Shown here piece by piece: positions 15,001 to 27,790 of a DNA stretch of 64,000 bases; positions within the stretch are counted from its first letter, which is position 1, and every line of letters begins with the position of its first letter. The stretch is taken from NCBI RefSeq assembly GCF_046119375.1, contig NW_027362767.1, positions 389,174,001-389,238,000 on the forward strand. The letters run 5' to 3'. Under the pieces are notes generated by a model. That model did no database searches and was not told the DNA's origin. It worked only from the letters and a program-made list of their open reading frames with translations. Source of the stretch: Phyllobates terribilis. Taxonomy: Eukaryota. The position numbers were made by a program, and so were the translations under genes.

Positions 15001-18000
15001 TCTTCCAAGGGGCATTAAAACCGTCTTAATAAGCTACTGTGACCTCCACGTCTTTTCCACGGGGCATTAAAACTGTCTTGTTATGCTACTGCGACCTCCA
15101 CCACTCTTCCAAGGGGCATTGATATTGTCTTTTTATTCCACTGCGACCTTCACCACTCTTCCAAGGGCCATTAAAACCATTTTGTTAAGCTACTGTGACC
15201 TCCACATTTCTTCCACGGGGCTTTGATATTGTCTTTTTATTCCACTCCGACCTCCACCACTCTTCCAAGGGGCATTAAAACCATCTTGTTAAGCTACTGC
15301 GACCTCCACCATTCTTCCAAGGGGCATTGATATTGTCTTTTTATTCCACTGCGACTTCCACCACTTTTCCAAGGGGCATTAAAACCGTCTTGTTAGGCTA
15401 CTGTGACCTCCACGTCTCTTCCACGGGTCAGTGATATTGTCTTTTTCCACTGCGACCTCCACTACTCTTCCAAGGGGCATGAACACCGTCTTGTTAAGCT
15501 ACTGTGACCTCCACATCTCTTCCACGGGGCATTGATATTGTCTTTTTATTCCACTGCGACCTCAGCCACTCTTCCAAGGGGCAATAAAACCATCTTGTTA
15601 AGCTAATGTGACCTCCAATTCTCTTCCAAGGGGCATTAAAACCATCTTATTAAGGTACTGCAACCACCACCACTCTTCCAAGGGTCATTGATATTGTCTT
15701 TTTATTCCACTGCGACCTCCACCACTCTTCCAAGGGGCATTAAAACCCTCTTGTTAAGCTACTGTGACCTCCACTTCTCTTTTACGGGGCATTGATAATG
15801 TCTTTTTATTCCACTGCGACTTTCACCACTCTTCCAAGGTGCATTAAAACCGTATTGTTAAGCTACTGCGACCTCCACCACTCTTCCAAGGGGCATTGAT
15901 ATTGTCTTTTTATTCCACTGCTACCTCCACCACTCTTCCAAGGGGCATTAAAACCGTCTTGTTAAGCTACTGTGACCTCCATGTCTCTATCACGGGGCAT
16001 TGATATTGTCTTTTTATTCCACTGCGACCTCCACCACTCTACCAAGGGGCATTAAAACCATCTTGTTAAGCTATTGTGACTTCCAAGTCTCTTCCATGGG
16101 GCACTGATATTGTCATTTTATTCCACTGCGACCTCCACCACTCTTCCAAGTGGCATTAAAACCGTCTTGTTAATCTACTCTGACCTCCAAGTCTCTTCCA
16201 CGGGGCATTGATATTGTCTTTTTATTCCACTGCGACCTCCACCACTCTTCCAAGGGGCATTAAAAACGTCTTGATAAGCTACTGTGACCTCCACATCTCT
16301 TCCAAGGGGCATTGATATTGTCTTTTTATTCCACTGTGACTTCCACGTCTCTTCCAAGGGGCATTAAAACCATCTTGTTAAGCTACTGTGACCTCTACGT
16401 CTCTTCCAAGGGACATTAAAACCATCTTGTTAAGCTGCTGTGACCTCCATGTCTCTTCCAAGGGGCAGTAAAACTGTCTTTTTATGCTACTGCGACCTCC
16501 ACCACTCTTCCAAGGGGCATTGATATTATCTTTTTATTCCACTGCGACCTCCACCACTCTTCCAAGGGGCATTAAAACCCATCTTGTTAAGCTACTGTGA
16601 CCTCCACGTCTCTTCGACGTTGCATTGATATTGTCTTTTTTTTCCACTGCGACCTCGACCACTCTTCCAAGGGATATTAAAACCGTCTTATTAAGCTACT
16701 GTGAACTCCACGTCTCTTCCACGGGGCATTGAAATTGTCTTTTTATTCCACTGCGACCTCCACCACTTTTCCAAGGGGCAGTAAAACAGTCTTGTTAAGC
16801 TACTGTGACCTCCACCAATCTTCCAAGGGGCATTAAAAACGTCTTGTTTAGCTACTGTGACCTCCATGTCTCTTCCACTGTGCATTGGTATTGTCTTTTT
16901 ATTCCACTGCAACCTCCACCACTCTTCCAAGGGGCGTTAAAACCATCTTGTTAAGCTTTTGTGACCTCCACATCTCTTCCAAGGGGCATTAAATCCGTCT
17001 TGGTAAGCTTCTGCGACCTCCACCACTCTTCCAAGGGGCATTGATATTGTCTTTTTATTCCACTGCGACCTCCACCACTCTTCCAAGGGGCATTAAAACC
17101 GTCTTGTTAAGCTACTGCGACCTCCACCATTCTTCCAAGGGGCATTGGTATTGTCTTTTTATTCCACTGTGACTTCCTCCACTTTTCCAAGGGGCATTAA
17201 AACCGTCTTGTTAAGCTACTGTGACCTCCACGTCTCTTCCACTGGTCAGTGATATTGTCTTTTTATTCCACTGCGACCTCCACCACTCTTCCAAGGGGTA
17301 TTAAAACCTTCTTGTTAAGCTACTGTGACCTCCACGTCTCTTCCAAGGGGCATTAAAACTGTCTTGTTAAGCTACTGCAACCACCACCACTGTACCAAGG
17401 GTCATTGATATTGTCTTTTTATTCCACTGCGACCTCCACCACTCTTCCAAGGGGCATTAAAACCATCTTGTTAAGCTACTGTGACCTCCAAGTCTCTTCC
17501 ACGGGGCATTGATATTGTCTTTTTATTCCACTCTGACCTCCACCACTCTTCCAAGGGGCAGTAAAAATGTCTTGTTAAACTACTGTGACCTCCACGTCTC
17601 TTCCACGGGGCAATGATATTGTCTTTTTATTCCACTCCGACCTCCACCACTCTTCCAAGGGGCATTAAAACCATCTTTTTAAGCTACTGCGACCTCCACC
17701 ATTCTTCCAATGGGCATTGATATTGTCTTTTTTTTCCACTGCGACTTCCAGAATTTTTCCAAGGGGCATTAAAACCGTCCTGTTAAGCTACTGTGACCTC
17801 CATGTCTCTTCCGCGGGTCATTGATATTGTCTTTTTATTCCACTGCGACCTCCACCACTCTTCCAAGGGGCATTAACACAGTCTTGTTAAGCAACTGCGA
17901 CCTCCACGTCTCTTCCACGGGGCATTAATATTGTTTTTTTATTCCACTGCGGCCTCCACCACTCTTCCAAGAGGCATTAAAACCGTCTTGTTAAGCTACT

Positions 18001-21000
18001 GTGACCTCCACGTCTCTTCCACGGGGCATTGATATTGTCTTTTTATTCCACTGTGACCTCCACCACTTTTCCAAGGGGCATTTAAACTGTCTTGTTAAGC
18101 TACTGTGACCTCCTAGTCTCTTCCACGGGGCATTGATGTTGTCTTTTTATTCCACTGCGACCTCCACCACTCTTCCAAGGGGCAGTAAAACCGTCTTGTT
18201 AAGCTACTGCAGCCTCCACCAAACTTCCAAGGGGCATTAAAACCGTCTTGTTAAGCTACTGTGACATCCACGTCTCTTCCACGGGGCATTTATATTGTCT
18301 TTTTATTCCACAGCGACCCCCACAACTCTTCCAAGGGGCATTAAAAACGTCTTGCTAAGCTACTGTGACCTCCACATCTCTTCCAAGGGGCATTAAAACC
18401 TTCTTGTTAAGCTTCTGTGACCTCCACCACTCTTCCAAAGGGCATTGATATTGTCTTTTTATTCCACTGTAACCTCCACGTCTCTTCCAAGGGGCATTAA
18501 AACCGTCTTGTTAAGCTACTGTGACCTCCACGTCTATACCAAGGGGCATTAAAACCATTTTGTTAAGCTACTGTGACCTCCACATCTCTTCCAAGGGGCA
18601 TTAAAACTGTCTTGTTATGCTACTGCGACCTCCACCACTCCTCCAAGGGGCATTGATATTCTCTTTTTATTCCACTGCGACCTCCACCACTCTTCCAATG
18701 GGCATTAAAACCATCTTGTTAAGCTACTGTGACCTCCACGTCTCTTCCATGGGGCATTAATATTTTCTTTTTATTCCACTGCGACCTCCACCACTCTTCC
18801 AAGGGGCATTAAAACTGTCTTGTTAAGCTACTGTGAACTCCACGTCTCTTCCACGGGGCATTGAAATTGTATTTTTATTCCACTGCAACCTCCACCACTC
18901 TTCCAAGGGGCATTAAAACCGTCTTGTTAAGCTACTCTGACCTCCAAGTCTCTTCCACGGGGCATTGATATTGTCTTTTTATTCCACTGCGACCTCCAAC
19001 ACTCTTCCAAGGGGCAGTAAAACCGTCTTGTTAAGTTACTGCATCCTCCACAAAACTTCCAAGGGGCATTAAAACAGTCTTGTTAAGCTACTGTGACCTC
19101 CACGTCTCTTCCACGGGGCATTGATATTGTCTTTTTATTCCACTGCGACCTCCACCACTCTTCCAAGGGGCATTAAAAACGTCTTGATAAGCTACTGTGA
19201 CCTCCACATCTCTTCCAAGGGGCATTAAAACCATCTTGTTAAGCTTCTGTGACCTCCACCACTCTTCCAAAGGGCATTGATATTGTCTTTTTATTCCTCT
19301 GTAACCTCCACGTCTCTTCCAAGGGGCATTAAAACCATCTTGTTAAGCTACTGTGACCTCCACGTCTCTACCAAGGGGCATTAAAACCATATTGTTAAGC
19401 TACTGTGACCTCCACCACTCTTCCAAGGGCCATTGATATTGTCTTTTTATTCCACTGCGACCTCCACCACTCTTCCAAGGGGCATTAAAACCCTCTTGTT
19501 AAGCTACTGTGACCTCCACTTCTCTTTTACGGGGCATTGATAATGTCTTTTTATTCCACTGCGACTTTCACCACTCTTCCAAGGGGCATTAAAACCGTAT
19601 TGCTAAGCTACTGCGACCTCCACCACTCTTCCAAGGGGCATTAAAACCGTCTTGTTAAGCTACTGTGACCTCCATGTGTCTATCACGGGGCATTGATATT
19701 GTCTTTTTATTCCACTGCGACCTCCACCACTCTACCAAGGGGCATTAAAACCATCTTGTTAAGCTACTGTGACTTCCACGTCTCTTCCATGGGGCTCTGA
19801 TATTGTCATTTTATTCCACTGCGACCTCCACCACTCTTCCAAGTGGCATTAAAACCGTCTTGTTAAGCTACTGTGATCTCCAAGTCTCTTCAACGGGGCA
19901 TTGATATTGTCTTTTTATTCCACTGTGACCTCCACCACTCTTCCAAGGGGCAGTAAATCCATCTTGTTAAGCTACTACGACCTCCACCAAACTTCCAAGG
20001 GGCATTAAAACCATCTTGTTAAGCTACTGTGACCTCCACGTCTCTTCCACAGGGCATTGATATTGTCTTTTTATTCCACTGCGACCTCCACCACTCTTCC
20101 ATGGGGCTTTAAAAACGTCTTGTTTAGCTACTGTGACCTCCATGTCTCTTCCACGGTGCATTGATATTGTCTTTTTATTCCACTGCAACCTCCACCACTC
20201 TCCAAAGGGACATTAAAACCGTCTTGTTAAGCTTTTGTGACCTCCACATCTCTTCCAAGGGGCATTAAATCCGTCTTGTTATGCTTCTGCGACCTCCATC
20301 ACTCTTCCAAGGGGCATTGATATTGTCTTTTTATTCTACTGTGACCTCCACGTCTCTTCCAAGGGGCTTTAAAAACGTCTTGTTTAGCTACCGTGACCTC
20401 CACGTCTCTTCCAAGGGGCAATAAAACCGTCTTGTTAAGCTTTTGTGACCTCCACATCTCTTTCAAGGAGCATTAAATCCGTCTTGTTATGCTTCTGCGA
20501 CCTCCACCACTCGTCCAAGGAGCATTGATATTGTCTTTTTATTCTACTGTGACCTCCACGTCTCTTCCAAGGGGCTTTAAAAACGTCTTGTTTAGCTACC
20601 ATGACCTCCACGTCTTTTCCAAGGGGCATTAAAACTGTCTTGTTAAGCTACTGTGAACTCCACGTCTCTTCCATGGGGCATTGAAATTGTCTTTTTATTC
20701 CACTGCAACCTCCACCACTCTTCCAAGGGGCATTAAAACCGTCTTGTTAAGCTACTCTGACCTCCAAGTCTCTTCCAGGGGACATTGATATTGTCTTTTT
20801 ATTCCACTGCGACCTCCAACACTCTTCCTAGGGGCAGTAAAACCGTCTTGTTAAGTTACTGCATCCTCCACAAAACTTCCAAGGGGTATTAAAACCGTCT
20901 TGTTAAGCTACTGTGACCTCCACGTCTCTTCCACGGGGCATTGATATTGTTTTTTTATTCCACTGCGACCTCCACCACTCTTCCAAGGGGCATTAAAAAC

Positions 21001-23794
21001 GTCTTGATAAGCTACTGTGACCTCCACATCTCTTCCAAGGGGCATTAAAACCATCTTGTGAAGCTTCTGCGAACTCCTCCACTCTTCCAAGGGGTATTGA
21101 TATTGTCTTTTTATTCCACTGTGACCTCCACGTCTCTTCCAATGGGCATTAAAACCGTCTTGTTAAGCTACTGTGACCTCCACGTCTCTTCCAAGGGGCA
21201 TTAAAACCATCTTGTTAAGCTGCTTTGACCTCCACTTCTCTTCCAAGGGGCATTAAAACTGTCTTTTTATGCTACTGCGACCTCCACCACTCTTCCAAGG
21301 GGCATTGATATTGTCTTTTTATTCCACTGCGACCTCCAGCACTCTTCCAAGGTGCATTAAAACCCACCTTGTTAAGCTACTGTGACCTCCACGTCTCTTC
21401 GACGGGACATTGATATTGTCATTTTTTTCCACTGCGACCTCCACCACTCTTCCAAGGGACATTAAAACCGTCTTTTTAAGCTACTGTGAACTCCACGTCT
21501 CTTCCACGGGGCATTGAAATTGTCTTTTTATTCCACTGCGACCTCCAACACTCTTCCAAGGGGCATTAAAACTATCTTGTTAAGCTACTGTGACCTCCAA
21601 GTCTCTTCCACGGTGCATTGATATTGTCTTTTTATTCCACTGCGACCTCCACCACTCTTCCAAGGGGCAGTAAAACCATCTTGTTAAGCTACTGCGACCT
21701 CCACCAAACTTCCAAGGGGCATTAAATCCGTCTTGTTAAGCTACTGTGACCTCCACGTCTCTTCCACGGGGTATAGATATTGTCTTTTTATTCCACTGCG
21801 ACCTCCACCACTCTTCCATGGGGCTTTAAAAACGTCTTGTTTAGCTACTGTGACCTCCATGTCTCTTCCACGGTGCATTGATATTGGCTGTTTATTCCAC
21901 TGCAACCTTCACCACTCTTCCATGGGACATTAGAACCGTCTTGTTAAGCTTTTGTGACCTCCACATCTCTTCCAAGGGGCATTAAATCCGTCTTGTTATG
22001 CTTCTGCGACCTCCACCACTCTTCCAAGGGGCATTGATATTGTCTTTTTATTCTACTGTGACCTCCACGTCTCTTCCAAGGGGCTTTAAAAACGTCTTGT
22101 TTAGCTACTGTGACCTCCATGTATCTTCCAAGGGGCATTAAAACCGTCTTAATAAGCTACTGTGACCTCCACGTCTTTTCCACGGGGCATTAAAACTGTC
22201 TTGTTATGCTACTGCGACCTCCACCACTCTTCCAAGGGGCTTTGATATTGTCTTTTTATTCCACTGCGACCTTCACCACTCTTCCAAGGGCCATTAAAAC
22301 CATTTTGTTAAGCTACTGTGACCTCCACATTTCTTCCACGGGGCTTTGATATTGTCTTTTTATTCCACTCCGACCTCCACCACTCTTCCAAGGGGCATTA
22401 AAACCATCTTGTTAAGCTACTGCGACCTCCACCATTCTTCCAAGGGGCATTGATATTGTCTTTTTATTCCACTGCGACTTCCACCACTTTTCCAAGGGGC
22501 ATTAAAACCGTCTTGTTAGGCTACTGTGACCTCCACGTCTCTTCCACGGGTCAGTGATATTGTCTTTTTCCACTGCGACCTCCACTACTCTTCCAAGGGG
22601 CATGAACACCGTCTTGTTAAGCTACTGTGACCTCCACATCTCTTCCACGGGGCATTGATATTGTCTTTTTATTCCACTGCGACCTCCACCACTCTTCCAA
22701 GGGGCAATAAAACCATCTTGTTAAGCTAATGTGACCTCCAATTCTCTTCCAAGGGGCATTAAAACCATCTTATTAAGGTACTGCAACCACCACCACTCTT
22801 CCAAGGGTCATTGATATTGTCTTTTTATTCCACTGCGACCTCCACCACTCTTCCAAGGGGCATTAAAACCCTCTTGTTAAGCTACTGTGACCTCCACTTC
22901 TCTTTTACGGGGCATTGATAATGTCTTTTTATTCCACTGCGACTTTCACCACTCTTCCAAGGTGCATTAAAACCGTATTGTTAAGCTACTGCGACCTCCA
23001 CCACTCTTCCAAGGGGCATTGATATTGTCTTTTTATTCCACTGCTACCTCCACCACTCTTCCAAGGGGCATTAAAACCGTCTTGTTAAGCTACTGTGACC
23101 TCCATGTCTCTATCACGGGGCATTGATATTGTCTTTTTATTCCACTGCGACCTCCACCACTCTACCAAGGGGCATTAAAACCATCTTGTTAAGCTATTGT
23201 GACTTCCAAGTCTCTTCCATGGGGCACTGATATTGTCATTTTATTCCACTGCGACCTCCACCACTCTTCCAAGTGGCATTAAAACCGTCTTGTTAAGCTA
23301 CTCTGACCTCCAAGTCTCTTCCACGGGGCATTGATATTGTCTTTTTATTCCACTGCGACCTCCACCACTCTTCCAAGGGGCATTAAAACCATCTTGTTAA
23401 GCTACTGTGACCTCCACGTCTCTTCCACAGGGCATTGATATTGTCTTTTTATTCCACTGCGACCTCCACCACTCTTCCAAGGGTCATTAAAACCATTTTG
23501 TTAAGCTACTGCGACCTCCACCATTCTTCCAAGGGGCATTGATATTGTCTTTTTATTCCACTGCGTCTTCCACCAATTTTCCAAGGGGCATTAAAACCGT
23601 CTTGTTAAGCTTCTGTGACCTCCACGTCTCTTCCACGGGTCAGTGATATTTTCCTTTTTTTCCACTGCGACATCCACCACTCTTCCAAGGGGCATTAACA
23701 CCGTCTTATTAAGCTACTGTGACCTCCACGTCTCTTCCATGGGGCATTGATATTGTCTTTTTATTCCACTGCGACCTCCACCACTCTACCAAGG
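1..23794. repeat. 52-bp satellite array with two interleaved monomer types (A: cttccacggggcattgatattgtctttttattccactgcgacctccaccact; B: cttccaaggggcattaaaaccgtcttgttaagctactgtgacctccacgtct); continues past the window start
   Basis: The core cttcca(a/c)ggggcatt recurs every 52 bp (e.g. 33, 85). Monomers mostly alternate A/B as a 104-bp dimer, with occasional AA or BB runs. The array stops abruptly at ...ctctaccaagg (about 23794). Confidence 0.98.
9060..23385. repeat. Higher-order 7123-bp tandem duplication within the satellite (about 137 monomers x2)
   Basis: Rare variants recur at +7123: ccagaa 10625/17748, cgtcttggtaagc 9873/16996, and a 3-bp deletion near 15440/22563. Identical or near-identical spurious ORFs also recur at +7123 (11965/19088, 13312/20435, 13785/20908, 14610/21733, 14821/21944). 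Confidence 0.93.
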
Positions 23795-24700
23795 CCTGAT
23801 ATTGATGTGAATTGTCCCTGTTCCTCCTGCTCTTTCTCCTTTGCCACCACCTCATCCATCATTCATCACCTGATGCTTTGTTTTAACGGGAGTCACAGAA
23901 CTGGGATAGTAGCAGGAAAACATCCAGCAATCCTCGGAGGAGGTAGGATATGCGCCAAAACGCTGACCACCTCAGGCCTAGCCGCTACTACGTACATGTG
24001 CTTGCATTCCTAGGAACAGAAAGCTAAGCAGATGGATGGCCTCATGATCATGAATAATTTACTCATTGTGTAGGAGGCCGACCACTGCTGCTGTCTACCT
24101 TCTGAACTTTGTGTTGAAGCCAGATTGACCCAGGACCCGCAATCCTCTATGTCTGGAGGACGTGATGCATCCCATTGTCCAACTGTGTCCTGGCTTCCAC
24201 AATATTAACCTGTGTGAAGGCATCAGTGAGATGGACCATCCCTGGCCACATTCACTTGTCCATGTGTTTGTGGTTAGGCTGTCCTTCAAATAGGGGCGGC
24301 TGGGGACCGTTTATGGACACCCGGCCGCCCCCAGGCGGCTGGGGACCGTGTGTGGGCACCCGGCCGCGGGGCGCCTGGGGACCGAGTATGGACACCCGGC
24401 CGCCCCCTGGCGGCTGGGGACCAAGTGTGGACACCCGCCCGCCGGGCGGCTGGGGACTGAGTATGTATACCAGGCCGCCGACGCAGCCATGACTTGTTGC
24501 CAGATTCCGCCTCCACATGCCTAAAAGGCCCAATTTCAAGTGCAAGCAAGCAAGCAGTATGGTATTGCAGCCTGGGTGTGGGTGGGTGGCAGGCTGCATA
24601 CTTGCGCTTGCATTGCAAGGAATGGGGGAGGTACAATTGAACAGTGCCCTGGGACAAGGACTTGCACGGGGATAGTTGCAAGTCTGCATCTTCTGATGCG
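23795..24700 (-). pseudogene. Decayed, internally deleted hAT transposase relic
   Basis: Minus-strand peptides ACLLALEIGPFRHVEAES and LTTNTWTSECGQG align with KLLATQMLPFRLVDPEDF and FTTDTWTSRHGQG of the transposase at 57.8-58.1 kb. Further downstream are frameshifted VNIVEA, TIPVL and an acidic MDEVVAKEKEQEEQ patch. Confidence 0.75.
24295..24488. repeat. GC-rich minisatellite, about 5 units of 35-39 bp (ggcggctggggacc...ggacacccggccgcc)
   Basis: Five degenerate copies are directly visible; each starts ggcggc and ends in or near gccgcc. Confidence 0.9.
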
Positions 24701-26318
24701 GCAAGGATCACTTATGATGGGCACACTTTTAGGCAGTGACCTGGGTGTCAGAGATGCTTCCAGGGGTCTTCCCCATGCTGTTCCCATGTCTTTTCAGCAC
24801 TGTATGCATGTGTCACACAGCACATGGCCAGATAAGGTTGTAAAATATTAAAATGACATTTCCCGGTGAATGCATTTGTCATGGTTGAAAGCAATACAAA
24901 AGTGCAAAAACGCATAAAAAATGCTACTTGTGAACATAGCCCAAGGTGTGGAGGAGTATTTTTGTTTTTGGTTATTTATTTTACCTTATACATAAGTCTT
25001 TACCCTGGAAAGTATGTTCCTTAACATATTTCACAGGAAAGCAGTTTCAGTTTTGTTTTTGAACTTTTTATTGTGAGCCCGTAAAAGTGGCTTAATACCT
25101 CTGACCACGTTGTTGACAGCAGTGACCTGGGGGTCAGAAATGCTTCATGGGGTGATCGCACTGTCACTATCATTTTGGGCACTTTTTAGGCTTTCTACAG
25201 ACTGTCGGGGGTGCCGCTGCAAAAATGCTCGGGTCTCCCATAGACTAACATTGGGCTCGTTGCTTGGGTCGAGCACCCGAGTATCACGGTGAGCTCGGCC
25301 CGAGCTTCGAGCACCCGATCATTTTAGTGCTCGCTCAACACTACAAATGACCTTACATCAGATTCCCCTGTTTGGTTTTATAGTTATGGAATGAAGAATA
25401 CATTGTGTCACCACTTTCTTTGCTCATTGACACTGGATGTTACGGCAGTAGTAGAACAAATCAGCATTCCTGACTAGTTACGTATCATTTGGTATTTATT
25501 TCAATGGTTTATTCATTCTGTTGTCATTCTTTGAAATCCATATACACTGTACATACTGTAGTTACAGAGTTACTTGTGTAGCTTGTAAAAACAAGCTTGA
25601 TAAAGGTCAAACTGTAGGTGATTTTTAATTTTAAAGTAAAATTTGAAAATGTGAAAAGAAGCTTAATGGGGTTATCACTAGTGTTGAGCATTCCGATACT
25701 GAAATATCGGGTATCGGCCGATATTCACTGTATCGGAATTCCGATACTTAATTCCGATACTTTTATAATATCGAATACCGGAATCGGAAGTTCCCATAAT
25801 GCCTGCGCTCTCCAGTGTCTCTGAAGGATGACAAGCTGGATGGCAGCGCTCAGCTGCGATCCAGCTTGTCATCAGAATGCCATCCCAGCGTGGGAGAATT
25901 CTCCTGATTGTTTAAAAGCCGGCGCGCGGTAAAAAGCCGCCGGCTTTTAAACAATCACGCAGCCCCATACTGCTTCCCCGCAGCCTCCCACCCCGATCCT
26001 CCGCTCCCCTCGCCACCTCCCATCCCGATCGTAAATTAGGACCGGGCGGGGAGCGCAGCACCAAGGAGCGAAGGACCCGGGCGGGGAAGCCGGCAGTGAA
26101 AAGACTTCACCGCCGGCTTTCCCGTTCTGTGCTGCGCTTTCCCGCCGGTTATTTCAAATGAACAGCTGAGGTATCAGGTGATGCCGATCAGCTGTTCATT
26201 TGAAGTAGCCGCGGTGCCCTCAGAGGGTTCATGTGAGTTCATGCTTGACTGCATGAACTCACATCAACTTTCCCACGGCCGCACAGGTCAGCCTCACCTC
26301 CCGGACCCGTCATGATTA

Positions 26319-26437
26319 GTGTGTGCGGGGTGTGTGTGTGTGCGGGGTGTGTGTGCGGGGTGTGTGTGCGGGGTGTGTGTGCGGGGTGTGTGTGCGGGTG
26401 TGTGTGCGGGGTGTGTGTGTGCGGGTGTGTGTGCGGG
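26319..26437. repeat. (GT)nGCGGG microsatellite-like tract inside element A1
   Basis: Directly visible. Confidence 0.9.
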
Positions 26438-27227
26438 CAGACATAGGCCGATGTGACACTACTACTCCCATCGGCCTATGTCTGTCCCCCGTCCACTCCT
26501 GCCAGCAGGATCAGCTCGATGGGAGCAGTAGTTCCCATCAGCCTGATCCTGCTATTTAAATTGCCCTACTGTGTCCCCAATAAATGTTAGATACATGTCA
26601 TTGGTGGCCAGTGGTTACCTAAAAGAAATTAGTTCATACATTACCTGTCCCCGCCGATCGCCACCTAAAATAAAGTAAAAAATAAAAAACTACACCTATA
26701 CTCACCAAGACACCTAATTCCCCGAAGCCATCGATCTCCTGTAATAAAATATAAAATAATAAACCACAACCTTATCCTTACCCCTCCGTAGTAGTCCACG
26801 AGTGTCCCACGAAGATCTCCAGTTCAGAGCAGCCACATAGAATGTGACCGCTCTGAACCGCTGCCGCCGCTAGAATGACGGGGCCGTAAGGGTTCACCGG
26901 AGTTCAGGCAGCGCTGCTCCGGTTAGCTCCTTTACGGCACTGCTGTATCGTGAGAAATTCCCACGGTACAGCACTGCCGTAAAGGAGGTCTCCGGAGCTG
27001 CGCTGCCTGAATGCACTCCGGTGACCTCAGTCAGTGGCTCCCGCTGCCGGGAGCGGACGTGTTCCCGGCAGCGTGAGCTTACAGCAGCCATGCACAGCTG
27101 TCACCATCTCCAGATGTGACAGCTGTGCATGGGAGATCAGCGCAGGAACGTGGACAGGTAACTATTTTTTTTTTAGTAAACTAAGAATTAAATAAAATGG
27201 TGTTTTATTTCAAATAAATTATTTTTT

Positions 27228-27790
27228 TCTGGGTGTAGTGTGTTTTTTCTTTTTAACACTTTGTAGGTTAGTAATGGGGGTGTCATATAGACGGCCATCA
27301 TTACTAACCTGGGCTTCATGGCAGCTGGCGCTGACATGAACCCCACCACTATTACCCCCTGCCACCGCACCAGGGCAGCGTGGAAGAGCGAGGCTAAGTG
27401 CCAGAATTGGCGCATCCTATGGATGCGCCATTTCTGGGGCGGCTGACGGCTGGTGTTTCTAGCCTGGGAGGGGGCCAATATTCATGGCACCCTTCCTGAG
27501 CTATTAATATCAGCCCCCAGCTGTCTGCCTAGCCTTTGCTAGCTATTAAAATAGAGGGGACCCCACGTCATTTTTTTTTGGGGGGTCCCCCATTTTAATA
27601 GCTAGTAAAGGCTAGGTATTCAGCTGGGGGCTGATATTAGTAGCCTGGGAAGCTCCGTGGGTTTTACCCCCTTCCCAGGCTTCAAACATCTGCCCCAGCC
27701 GTCTGCTTAACCTCCGCTAGAGACTAAAATTATGGGGGATCCCACGCCATTTTTTTTTTAAATAAATCCTTTATTTTAACACTAAATGAC
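27228..27790 (+). repeat. About 560-bp internal direct repeat of element A1, copy 1
   Basis: Closely matches 32073-32642, from ggttagtaatgggggtgtc through aaataaatcctttattttaacactaaatgaca. Confidence 0.88.

Larger units (their letters stand above)
23795..25343 (-). mobile_element. hAT family B element, truncated: terminus at 25343 plus transposase relic
   Basis: 25020-25343 is the reverse complement of 58766-59116 (terminus TAGTGTTGAGCGAGCAC, many CTCG/CGAG subterminal motifs). A second copy of its gcagtgacctggg motif lies at 24735-24790. Linking the terminus to the relic is inference. Confidence 0.7.

Noticed and set aside
8306-22138. 60-84 aa ORFs in the satellite (MEEWWRSQ..., MPLGRDVEV...)
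   Set aside because: They are chance stop-free stretches of satellite monomers, duplicated with the array, with no protein-family features.
1-23794. CRISPR-like regular repeat array
   Set aside because: The whole 52-bp unit repeats, there are no unique spacers or cas genes, and the context is eukaryotic.
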